DNA of 25,548 nucleotides, taken from assembly GCA_004431415.1 (NCBI GenBank), contig QPMI01000376.1, forward strand, positions 1 through 25,548, in the 5' to 3' direction. A program made the position numbers and the translations under genes. Within the stretch, counting starts at the first letter, position 1. The number at the start of each line of letters is the position of its first letter. The notes under the pieces are model-generated. The model was given only the letters and a program-made list of their open reading frames with translations. It did not search any database and was not told where the DNA came from. Positions 1 to 10,608 of this stretch are shown here, in pieces. The stretch comes from Cyanophora paradoxa CCMP329. Taxonomy: Eukaryota > Plantae > Glaucophyta.

Positions 1-3000
1 AAGGCTAGCGCCTTGTGCATATTCCCCCAGAGAGATTTGGTGCATCTTTCTTCTATTTTGTGGCAGATGAGAAACCTGGGCCTTTGACTGAGTGACTTGC
101 TGTGGGTGGGTCATCTGCCTAAGGCTAGCGCCTTGTGGCATATTCCCCCAGAGAGATTTTGGGTGCATCTTCTTCTATTTTCTGGCAGCGATGGGAGAAA
201 CCTGCGGTGCCTTCTAGACTGAGGTGACTTGCTGGTGGGTGGGTCATCTCCTAGGCTAGCGCCTTGTGCATATTCCCCCAGAGAGATTTGGGGTGCATCT
301 TTCTTCTATTTTGTGGCAGATGAGAAACCTGGGGCCTTGACTGGGTGACTTGCTGGTGGGTGGGTCATCTGCCTAAGGCTAGCGCTTGTGCATATTCCCC
401 AGAGAGATTTGGTGCATCTTTCTCTATTTTGTGGCAATGAGAAACTGAGGCCTGACTGGTGACTTGCTGTGGTGGGTCATCTGCAAGGCTAGCGCCTGTG
501 CATATCCCAGAGAGATTGGGGTGCATCTTCTTTATTTTGTGGCAGATTGGAAACCTGGGGCCTTTGACTGAGTGACTTGCTGGTGGGTGGGTCATCTGCC
601 TAAGGCTAGGGCCTTGTGCATATTCCCCCAGAGAGATTTGGGGTGCATCCTTCTTCTATTTTGGCAGATGGAAACCTGGGCTTCGACTGGTACTTGCTGG
701 TGGGTGGTCATCTTCCCAAGGCTAGCGCCTTGTGCATATTCCCCCAGAGAGATTTGGGGTGCATCTTTCTTCTATTTTGTGGCAGATGGAAACCTGGGGC
801 CTTGACTGAGTGACTTGCTGGTGGGTGGGTCATCTGCCTAAGGCTAGCGCCTTGTGCATATTCCCCCAGAGAGATTTGGGGTGCATCTTTCTTCTATTTT
901 CTGGCAGATGAGAAACCTGCGGCCTCTGACTGGGTGACTTGCTGGTGGGTGGGTCATCTTCCTAAGGCTAGCGCCTTGTGCATATTCCCCCAGAGAGATT
1001 TGGGTGCATCTTTCTTCTATTTTGTGGCAGATGAGAAACCTGGGGCCTTTGACTGGGTGACTTGCTGGTGGGTGGGTCATCTTCCTAAGGCTAGCGCCTT
1101 GTGCATATTCCCCCAGAGAGATTTGGGGTGCATCTTTCTTCTATTTTGTGGCAGATGAGAAACCTGCGGCCTCGACTGGGTGACTTGCTGGTGGGTGGGT
1201 CATCTGCCTAAGGCTAGCGCCTTGTGCATATTCCCCCAGAGAGATTTGGGGTGCATCTTTCTTCTATTTTGTGGCAGATGAGAAACCTGCGGCCTTCGAC
1301 TGGGTGACTTGCTGGTGGGTGGGTCATCTTCCAAGGCTAGCGCCTTGTGCATATTCCCCCAGAGAGATTTGGGGTGCATCTTTCTTCTATTTTGTGGCAG
1401 ATGAGAAACCTGCGGCCTTTGACTGGTGACTTGCTGTGGGTGGGTCATCTGCCTAAGGCTAGCGCCTTGTGCATATTCCCCAGAGAGATTTGGGGTGCAT
1501 CTTCTTCTATTTTGTGGCAGATTGGAAACCTGGGGCCTTGACTGGGTGACTTGCTGGTGGGTGGGTCATCTGCCTAAGGCTAGCGCCTTGTGCATATTCC
1601 CCCAGAGAGATTTGGGGTGCATCTTTCTTCTATTTTGTGGCAGATCGGAAACCTGGGCCTTCGACTGAGTGACTTGCTGGTGGGTGGGTCATCTTCCTAA
1701 GGCTAGCGCCTTGTGCATATTCCCCCAGAGAGATTTGGGGTGCATCTTTCTTCTATTTTGTGGCAGATGAGAAACCTGCGGCCTCTGACTGGGTGACTTG
1801 CTGGTGGGTGGGTCATCTGCCTAAGGCTAGCGCCTTGTGCATATTCCCCCAGAGAGATTTTGGGTGCATCTTTCTTCTATTTTGTGGCAGATGAGAAACC
1901 TGCAGCCTTTGACTGAGTGACTTGCTGGTGGGTGGGTCATCTTCCCAAGGCTAGCGCCTTGTGCATATTCCCCCAGAGAGATTTGAAGTGCATCTTTCTT
2001 CTATTTTGTGGCAGATGAGAAACCTGAGGCCTTTGACTGAGTGACTTGCTGGTGGGTGGGTCATCTGCCTAAGGCTAGCGCCTTGTGCATATTCCCCCAG
2101 AGAGATTTGGGGTGCATCTTTCTTCTATTTTGTGGCAGATGAGAAACCTGCGGCCTCCGACTGGGTGACTTGCTGGTGGGTGGGTCATCTGCCTAAGGCT
2201 AGCGCCTTGTGCATATTCCCCCAGAGAGATTTGGGGTGCATCTTTCTTCTATTTTGTGGCAGATGAGAAACCTGCGGCCTCTGACTGGGTGACTTGCTGG
2301 TGGGTGGGTCATCTGCCTAAGGCTAGCGCCTTGTGCATATTCCCCCAGAGAGATTTGGGGTGCATCTTTCTTCTATTTTGTGGCAGATGAGAAACCTGGG
2401 GCCTTCGACTGGGTGACTTGCTGGTGGGTGGGTCATCTGCCTAAGGCTAGCGCCTTGTGCATATTCCCCCAGAGAGATTTGGGGTGCATCTTTCTTCTAT
2501 TTTGTGGCAGATGAGAAACCTGGGGCCTTCGACTGGGTGACTTGCTGGTGGGTGGGTCATCTGCCTAAGGCTAGCGCCTTGTGCATATTCCCCCAGAGAG
2601 ATTTGGGGTGCATCTTTCTTCTTTTTTGTGGCAGATGAGAAACCTGCGGCTCTGACTGGGTGACTTGCTGGTGGGTGGGTCATCTTCCCAAGGCTAGCGC
2701 CTTGTGCATATTCCCCCAGAGAGATTTGAAGTGCATCTTTCTTCTATTTTGTGGCAGATGAGAAACCTGCGGCCTTTGACTGAGTGACTTGCTGGTGGGT
2801 GGGTCATCTGCCTAAGGCTAGCGCCTTGTGCATATTCCCCCAGAGAGATTTGGGTGCATCTTTCTTCTATTTTGTGGCAGATGAGAAACCTGCGGCCTCT
2901 GACTGGTGACTTGCTGGTGGGTGGGTCATCTTCCTAAGGCTAGCGCCTTGTGCATATTCCCCAGAGAGATTTGGGTGCATCTTTCTTCTATTTTGTGGCA

Positions 3001-6000
3001 GATGAGAAACCTGCGGCCTCCGACTGGGTGACTTGCTGGTGGGTGGGTCATCTGCCTAAGGCTAGCGCCTTGTGCATATTCCCCCAGAGAGATTTGGGGT
3101 GCATCTTTCTTCTATTTTGTGGCAGATGAGAAACCTGCGGCCTCCGACTGGGTGACTTGCTGGTGGGTGGGTCATCTGCCTAAGGCTAGCGCCTTGTGCA
3201 TATTCCCCCAGAGAGATTTGGGGTGCATCTTTCTTCTATTTTGTGGCAGATGAGAAACCTGCGGCCTCCGACTGGGTGACTTGCTGGTGGGTGGGTCATC
3301 TGCCTAAGGCTAGCGCCTTGTGCATATTCCCCCAGAGAGATTTGGGGTGCATCTTTCTTCTATTTTGTGGCAGATGAGAAACCTGGGCCTTGACTGAGTG
3401 ACTTGCTGGTGGTGGGTCATCTGCCTAAGGCTAGCCCTTGTGCATATTCCCCAGAGAGATTTGGGTGCATCTTTCTTCTATTTTGTGCAGATGAAACCTG
3501 GGGCCTTTGACTGGGTGACTTGCTGGTGGGTGGGTCATCTGCCTAAGGCTAGCGCCTTGTGCATATTCCCCCAGAGAGATTTGGGGTGCATCTTTCTTCT
3601 ATTTTTGGCAGATCGGAAACCTGGGGCCTTCGACTGAGTGACTTGCTGGTGGGTGGGTCATCTGCCTAAGGCTAGCGCCTTGTGCATATTCCCCCAGAGA
3701 GATTTGGGGTGCGTCTTTCTTCTTTTTTGTGGCAGATGAGAAACCTGCGGTCTCTGACTGGGTGACTTGCTGGTGGGTGGGTCATCTTCCCAAGGCTAGC
3801 GCCTTGTGCATATTCCCCCAGAGAGATTTGGGTGCATCTTTCTTCTATTTTGTGGCAGATGAGAAACCTGCGGCCTTTGACTGAGTGACTTGCTGGTGGG
3901 TGGGTCATCTTCCTAAGGCTAGCGCCTTGTGCATATTCCCCCAGAGAGATTTGGGTGCATCTTTCTTCTATTTTGTGGCAGATGAGAAACCTGGGCCTTG
4001 ACTGAGTGACTTGCTGGTGGGTGGGTCATCTGCCTAAGGCTAGCGCCTTGTGCATATTCCCCCAGAGAGATTTGGGGTGCATCTTTCTTCTATTTTGTGG
4101 CAGATGAGAAACCTGGGGCCTTCGACTGGGTGACTTGCTGGTGGGTGGGTCATCTTCCTAAGGCTAGCGCCTTGTGCATATTCCCCCAGAGAGATTTGGG
4201 GTGCATCTTTCTTCTATTTTGTGGCAGATGAGAAACCTGCGGCCTCCGACTGGGTGACTTGCTGGTGGGTGGGTCATCTGCCTAAGGCTAGCGCCTTGTG
4301 CATATTCCCCCAGAGAGATTTGGGGTGCATCTTTCTTCTATTTTGTGGCAGATGAGAAACCTGGGGCCTTCGACTGGGTGACTTGCTGGTGGGTGGGTCA
4401 TCTTCCCAAGGCTAGCGCCTTGTGCATATTCCCCCAGAGAGATTTGGGGTGCATCTTTCTTCTATTTTGTGGCAGATGAGAAACCTGCGGCCTCCGACTG
4501 GGTGACTTGCTGGTGGGTGGGTCATCTGCCTAAGGCTAGCGCCTTGTGCATATTCCCCCAGAGAGATTTGGGGTGCATCTTTCTTCTTTTTGTGGCAGAT
4601 GAGAAACCTGCGGCCTCCGACTGGGTGACTTGCTGGTGGGTGGGTCATCTTCCCAAGGCTAGCGCCTTGTGCATATTCCCCCAGAGAGATTTGGGGTGCA
4701 TCTTTCTTCTATTTTGTGGCAGATGGAAACCTGCGGTCTCTGACTGGGTGACTTGCTGGTGGGTGGGTCATCTTCCTAAGGCTAGCGCCTTGTGCATATT
4801 CCCCCAGAGAGATTTTGGGTGCATCTTTCTTCTATTTTGTGGCAGATGAGAAACCTGCGGTCTCTGACTGGGTGACTTGCTGGTGGGTGGGTCATCTTCC
4901 TAAGGCTAGCGCCTTGTGCATATTCCCCCAGAGAGATTTTGGGTGCATCTTTCTTCTATTTTGTGGCAGATGAGAAACCTGGGGCCTTTGACTGGGTGAC
5001 TTGCTGGTGGGTGGGTCATCTTCCTAAGGCTAGCGCCTTGTGCATATTCCCCCAGAGAGATTTGGGGTGCATCTTTCTTCTATTTTGTGGCAGATTGGAA
5101 ACCTGGGGCCTTTAACTGAGTGACTTGCTGGTGGGTGGGTCATCTGCCTAAGGCTAGCGCCTTGTGCATATCCCCCCAGAGAGATTTGGGGTGCATCTTT
5201 CTTCTATTTTCTGGCAGATCAGAAACCTGGGGCCTCTGACTGAGTGACTTGCTGGTGGGTGGGTCATCTGCCTATGGCTAGCGCCTTGTGCATATTCCCC
5301 CAGAGAGATTTGGGGTGCATCTTTCTTCTATTTTCTGGCAGATTGGAAACCTGGGGCCTTCGACTGGGTGACTTGCTGGTGGGTGGGTCATCTGCCTAAG
5401 GCTAGCGCCTTGTGCATATTCCCCCAGAGAGATTTGGGGTGCGTCTTTCTTCTTTTTTGTGGCAGATGAGAAACCTGCGGCCTCTGACTCGGTGACTTGC
5501 TGGTGGGTGGGTCATCTTCCCAAGGCTAGCGCCTTGTGCATATTCCCCCAGAGAGATTTGGGGTGCGTCTTTCTTCTATTTTGTGGCAGATGAGAAACCT
5601 GCGGCCTTTGACTGAGTGACTTGCTGGTGGGTGGGTCATATTTCCAAGGCTAGCGCCTTGTGCATATTCCCCCAGAGAGATTTGAAGTGCATCTTTCTTC
5701 TATTTTGTGGCAGATGAGAAACCTGGGGCCTTTGACTGAGTGACTTGCTGGTGGGTGGGTCATCTTAAGGCTAGCGCCTTATGCATATTCCCCCAGAGAG
5801 ATTTGGGGTGCATCTTTCTTCTATTTTCTGGCAGATCAGAAACCTGGGGCCTCTGACCGAGTGACTTGCTGGTGGGTGGGTCATCTGCCTATGGCTAGCG
5901 CCTTGTGCATATTCCCCCAGAGAGATTTGGGGTGCATCTTTCTTCTATTTTGTGGCAGATGAGAAACCTGCGGCCTCCAACTCGGTGACTTGCTGGTGGG

Positions 6001-6872
6001 TGGGTCATCTTCCTAAGGCTAGCGCCTTGTGCATATTCCCCCAGAGAGATTTGAAGTGCATCTTTCTTCTATTTTGTGGCAGATGAGAAACCTGGGCCTT
6101 TGACTGAGTGACTTGCTGGTGGGTGGGTCATCTGCCTAAGGCTAGCGCCTTGTGCATATTCCCCCAGAGAGATTTTGGGTGCATCTTTCTTCTATTTTGT
6201 GGCAGATGAGAAACCTGCGGCCTCTGACTGGGTGACTTGCTGGTGGGTGGGTCATCTTCCTAAGGCTAGCGCCTTGTGCATATTCCCCCAGAGAGATTTT
6301 GGGTGCATCTTTCTTCTATTTTGTGGCAGATGAGAAACCTGGGGCCTTCGACTGGGTGACTTGCTGGTGGGTGGGTCATCTTCCTAAGGCTAGCGCCTTG
6401 GGCATATTCCCCCAGAGAGATTTGGGGTGCATCTTTCTTCTATTTTGTGGCAGATGAGAAACCTGCGGCCTCCGACTGGGTGACTTGCTGATGGGTGGGT
6501 CACCTGCCTAAGGCTAGCGCCTTCTGCATATTCCCCCAGAGAGATTTGGGGTGCATCTTTCTTCTTTTTTGTGGCAGATGAGAAACCTGCGGCCTCCGAC
6601 TGGGTGACTTGCTGGTGGGTGGGTCATCTTCCCAAGGCTAGCGCCTTGTGCATATTCCCCCAGAGAGATTTGGGTGCATCTTTCTTCTATTTTGTGGCAG
6701 ATTGGAAACCTGGGGCCTTTGACTGAGTGACTTGCTGGTGGGTGGGTCATCTGCCTAAGGCTAGCGCCTGATGCATATCCCCCCAGAGAGATTTGGGGTG
6801 CATCTTTCTTCTATTTTCTGGCAGATGAGAAACCTGGGGCCTTTGACTGAGTGACTTGCTGGTGGGTGGGTC
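1..6872 (+). repeat. 124-bp tandem satellite array, about 55 monomers, runs off the left edge
   Basis: AAGGCTAGCGCCTT recurs at e.g. 2071, 2195 and 2319 (period 124). Consensus: aaggctagcgccttgtgcatattcccccagagagatttggggtgcatctttcttctattttgtggcagatgagaaacctgcggcctccgactgggtgacttgctggtgggtgggtcatctgcct. The many short ORFs here are translations of the repeat. Confidence 0.98.
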
Positions 6873-7262
6873 TGTCTTCAAAATGAAAGGCTTGCTAAAA
6901 TTAGGGAGTGCCAGAATAGGCGCTGAACACAAAATCTCCTTCAATTTTCGAAATGCAAGGTCCTCCTTGGGACCCCGATAAAAATGTGTGCCTTTGGAGC
7001 ACAAATCATGCAAAGGTGCCGCAATCAAGGCACAACTCATGATAAAAATTCTATAATATCCTACCATACCTAAGAAAGTACGAACTTCTGATACAGATCG
7101 TGGAGTCGAGAACTTCCGAACTGCCTCCACTTTAGCCTCAGAGGGCTTGATTCCTTTCCTAGTAACTGTAAATCCTAAATATTCCAGTTCGGCCTTGAAA
7201 AACTTCGATTTCTTGGGCTTGAAGAACAAATTAGCCCTCCTCATGGCATCAAAGACCCACTG
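6873..7262 (-). pseudogene. Isolated gypsy pol fragment (RT C-terminus/connection to start of RNase H), paralogous to about 7748-8136
   Basis: Encodes WVFDAMRRANLFFKPKK...FSKPFILKTD, nearly the same protein as the neighbouring pol but with many synonymous changes. It reads straight into satellite at 6872. Confidence 0.9.
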
Positions 7263-10200
7263 CGTCCAAAAATGCGGATAAAGCGGGCGAAGTCACCTCC
7301 ATCGCCTCTAGAGATTGAACGGTCGTCCGCACAAGTCTGGACAGAGCGTCGGCATCGGCATTTGCCTTGCCAGGCTTGTACTCCAAATCAAAATCAAATT
7401 CTTGCATTCCCAAAATCCATCGAGTAATTCTAGCATTCGGCAAATTCTTGGCCGATTTCAAATATTGAAGAGCTGAGTGATCAGACTTGATCACAAACTT
7501 CTTGCCACGGAGATAGTGGGGGAACTTCTTGGTTACAGCCCACCAGATCGCATACAACTCCAGCTCCGTGACAGTCCATTTTTGCTGCTCTTCAGTAAGT
7601 GGTTCAGCTGCATACTCAATAACAATTTCTCGACTCCAATTCTTCTCCGCAGATGTAAACTTGTGGGAGGCAAAAGAAACAAACTTTTCATTTCCATCCT
7701 TATCCAATTGAGAAAGCACCGCCCCTACTCCAACTTTTGAGGCGTCGGTCTTCAAAATGAAAGGCTTGCTGAAGTCAGGAAGTGCCAAAATAGGCGCTGA
7801 ACACAACAACTCTTTAAGTCTCCGAAATGCCAAATCTTCTCGAGGACCCCAATAAAAGGGAGATCCTTTGGAGCACAAATCATGTAAAGGAGCTGCAATC
7901 AATGCACAGCTCATGATGAAAATTCGATAATATCCTACCATACCTAGAAAAGTGCGAACTTCTGATACAGATTTTGGTGTGGGAAATTTCCTAACCGCTT
8001 CTACTTTTGCTGGAGAAGGCTTGATTCCAGTCCTAGTAACTGTAAAGCCGAGATATTCCAGTTCTGCCTTGAAGAATTTTGACTTCTTGGGCTTAAAGAA
8101 CAAGTTAGCCCGTCTCATAGCATCAAATACCCACTGAAGATCAGCAAGATGCTGCTTCAGGGATTTCGAAAAGACACATATATCATCAAGGTAGACCAGA
8201 ACAAAAATATATAAATAAGTCCCTAATACTGAATTCATCATAGTTTGAAAAGTCGCCGGGGCTGTCTTCAATCCTTGGGGCATCACATTCCATTCAAACA
8301 ATCCAAGAGGAGTCCTGAAAGCAGTCTTCTCCTTGTCCTCCTCCTTCATCTCAACACCCCAATAACCATCCGGCGCGTCCATAGCTGATATATATATAGA
8401 ACCTGATAAAGCTTCCAGAGCATCGTCAATTCTAGGGAGCGGATAGGCATCATCCATAGTAACAGCATTTAATTTTCGATAATCAATACAGAATCGCAAA
8501 GTTCCATCCTTTTTGCGCACCAAGACCACAGGGGCGGCCCAGGGCGACCGAGAAGGACGAATTAAATTGCGACCCAATAACTTCTTGGTCTCATTAACAA
8601 TTAAATCACGCTCCTGCTGAGAATGTCTGCGAGGGGGCTCAGCGATCGGACGAGCATCTCCAGTTTGAATAGTATGCTTGATAGGCAAGTGTTGTCCATC
8701 AGGATCATAAGGCGGTAGCTCAGCCTTGGCACGATCCAAATTCCCAGCAAGGAAATCCAGCATAACAGTGCGCTCGTCAGCCTTGTCCTCAGGGCTGCCG
8801 ATATCAACACTCTTAAGAAAATCCAAGATGTTTTGTCCATACCGCTGGCGAATCTCATCATAAATAAGCTCTGAAGCATTTTCGACTGGAACTGTATGTA
8901 GATGTGAAAACTCTTTCATTCTATCTGTAAATGGATATTTGCACTCGGGAAGTCCATCAGAGAACTCAGACTTTTTGGAATCGAAATTCGCATCAACAGG
9001 CGAAGATTGAGGTCTAGCTTCTGGACTAGCTTCTTTCTTCGACTTGTCAGTAGAATTCAACTTGGCATCGGTCAAGTTGACTTGGATTGAGTCTGCACAG
9101 GCGTACTCAGAGACATATGTTGGTACCGAAGGGGGAACTTCTTTTGGTTCCACTTCCTTCACATACTCTCCTTTTCCCTCCTGATCATAACTCAATTTAA
9201 TTCCAAGGTCATACAATTCAGCTTTGAAGCGGGAATCAGGAACAAAAGTAGCAAGCTTCAAGCCTTTATGCAAAAGAACTGGTTTCTCCCCAAAGCGACT
9301 GCTCAAGTTAGAAACCATTCCATGAACTCGACCTCCACGGCACGCCGTCGGCCCAGCCGCTACACGGACCTCTGGGTTGCCGTCCCATTTGTAGAACTCT
9401 TTCAGAAAACCATCACAATCCGGCACATAGTGATTGCCACGGACTCTAATCTCTACCATCCGCTGAACTCCAGGCTCAATTTTAGCATCCTTGGCAACTT
9501 CCAAGACAAATCCATGATCTTCAGGAATTCTGCGAATGCTGGAACTCTCCGAAGGAATATTGTCTTGAGCATCTTGCGAAGATGATGGCTGCTCTGATGC
9601 GCCGCCCAGCACAGGAAGAACCTTGCACTGAACTGGCTTGTCCGGAAATCGGGCAAAAGTCAAAGTCCGATCCGTAGGGCCAACATTCGCATAAGCGACT
9701 CCATTCTCGGTGAAGAAGTCCTGACCCAAAATGCCGTCAAGAGCATAGCCAGGAAAATCCACTACAAGCAACGGAAAACTCTTGGTGAGCGGCCCAATTG
9801 TGGCCGATAAGCTGATCTCACCAGGTACAGACACCAATGCTGAATTAGGCAACTTAACAGATGGAGTGAAATGGTTGCGAAACACTTTGTGATTAAGTCC
9901 AAGTTGGGAAACAGTTTTAGAGAGGATAAAAGAAACATCTGCCCCGCTGTCCAATAAGAAAGAGTGAGGCTTTCCTTGGATGATAACTTCCACAATCGAT
10001 CTCCCTGGAGCCTGCGCGAATCGCCGCTCAGCTGGAGCATTATTGTAGGAGTCCAAGGAACATATTTGAAGTGAAGCACGGCCATCATTGTTGAAACTAA
10101 TTCCAAGTGATACAATTTTTCGATGTCTTTCGAGCGGAATGAAATGCTTGCGCGAGTGCGAATGCTCGCGAAGTCTCGAAGTAGCCGAAATGAAAGTGCC

Positions 10201-10608
10201 AAAGTGGCCTCTCTCGAACTGTCCAAAACTTTTTGAAACAAGCACCTCACGGGGAGAATCCCCCTTTTCACTCGAAATTTGTTGATCAAAACTACGCAAA
10301 TGCGGCTGACCATCCGGCGAATTGTCCGGAATTGTACCAAGAGAATCAATTCTACAACTACTAGCATCTTTCTTGTCATTGGCAACGATAGGGAAGTTGG
10401 AAGTTTGGGAACAATTGGATGATGAAATAGAAGCGGAAGAAGGGATATCAGAACAACCGTCGACTCGTTTTCCAATTCGTCTAAGAAATTCATTGAATGA
10501 AATCAAAGGAATCAAATTACGAAGTCCAAGAACAGCTGCTCCGAAAGTGGCTGGTTTAGACGCCGCCCCAGCCCGGCGGGCAGAAACAGGCTGGTTTAGG
10601 CGTTTTTC
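7249..10608 (-). CDS. pol: Pol polyprotein (aspartic protease, reverse transcriptase, RNase H), entered by -1 frameshift from gag and truncated before integrase
   Basis: The 1088-aa ORF stays open upstream to the slippery site at 10608. Protease FLLDSGAD (about 9941-9960) and GILGQDF; RT YLDD (8182-8193); RNase H TDAS...ELE...SDH...ADALSR. The last few codons and the stop come from the adjoining fragment. Confidence 0.93.
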   Translation of the reverse strand, partial: EKRLNQPVSARRAGAASKPATFGAAVLGLRNLIPLISFNEFLRRIGKRVDGCSDIPSSASISSSNCSQTSNFPIVANDKKDASSCRIDSLGTIPDNSPDGQPHLRSFDQQISSEKGDSPREVLVSKSFGQFERGHFGTFISATSRLREHSHSRKHFIPLERHRKIVSLGISFNNDGRASLQICSLDSYNNAPAERRFAQAPGRSIVEVIIQGKPHSFLLDSGADVSFILSKTVSQLGLNHKVFRNHFTPSVKLPNSALVSVPGEISLSATIGPLTKSFPLLVVDFPGYALDGILGQDFFTENGVAYANVGPTDRTLTFARFPDKPVQCKVLPVLGGASEQPSSSQDAQDNIPSESSSIRRIPEDHGFVLEVAKDAKIEPGVQRMVEIRVRGNHYVPDCDGFLKEFYKWDGNPEVRVAAGPTACRGGRVHGMVSNLSSRFGEKPVLLHKGLKLATFVPDSRFKAELYDLGIKLSYDQEGKGEYVKEVEPKEVPPSVPTYVSEYACADSIQVNLTDAKLNSTDKSKKEASPEARPQSSPVDANFDSKKSEFSDGLPECKYPFTDRMKEFSHLHTVPVENASELIYDEIRQRYGQNILDFLKSVDIGSPEDKADERTVMLDFLAGNLDRAKAELPPYDPDGQHLPIKHTIQTGDARPIAEPPRRHSQQERDLIVNETKKLLGRNLIRPSRSPWAAPVVLVRKKDGTLRFCIDYRKLNAVTMDDAYPLPRIDDALEALSGSIYISAMDAPDGYWGVEMKEEDKEKTAFRTPLGLFEWNVMPQGLKTAPATFQTMMNSVLGTYLYIFVLVYLDDICVFSKSLKQHLADLQWVFDAMRRANLFFKPKKSKFFKAELEYLGFTVTRTGIKPSPAKVEAVRKFPTPKSVSEVRTFLGMVGYYRIFIMSCALIAAPLHDLCSKGSPFYWGPREDLAFRRLKELLCSAPILALPDFSKPFILKTDASKVGVGAVLSQLDKDGNEKFVSFASHKFTSAEKNWSREIVIEYAAEPLTEEQQKWTVTELELYAIWWAVTKKFPHYLRGKKFVIKSDHSALQYLKSAKNLPNARITRWILGMQEFDFDLEYKPGKANADADALSRLVRTTVQSLEAMEVTSPALSAFLDAVGL
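10558..10608 (-). promoter_or_regulatory. -1 programmed ribosomal frameshift signal (G_AAA_AAC, 7-nt spacer, CCAGCC/GGCTGG stem, possible pseudoknot)
   Basis: The heptamer lies one codon before the gag stop and pol is in the -1 frame. The same layout with canonical G_GGA_AAA occurs at 16601-16607 and 19453-19459. Confidence 0.8.

Noticed and set aside
231-238. E. coli Chi site GCTGGTGG in nearly every monomer
   Set aside because: Chi is a RecBCD signal with no established role in a eukaryote, and one chance octamer amplified with the repeat explains it.
1-1600. Apparent higher monomer divergence at the left edge
   Set aside because: It consists mostly of single-base indels, many in homopolymers, typical of a low-coverage long-read consensus. 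Single-base indels between copies 2 and 3 are treated the same way.
365-6750. Many short ORFs (MTHPPASH..., MTCWWVGH...)
   Set aside because: They are translations of the satellite; 124 is not a multiple of 3 and the frames cycle. The same applies at 21786-24862.
1-6872. CRISPR array
   Set aside because: There are no unique spacers; the whole 124-bp unit repeats. No cas genes, and the context is eukaryotic.
9762-10493. 243-aa overlapping ORF and the antisense ORFs over gag and pol
   Set aside because: No recognisable motifs and not conserved as such in the paralogous family; most likely shadow ORFs.
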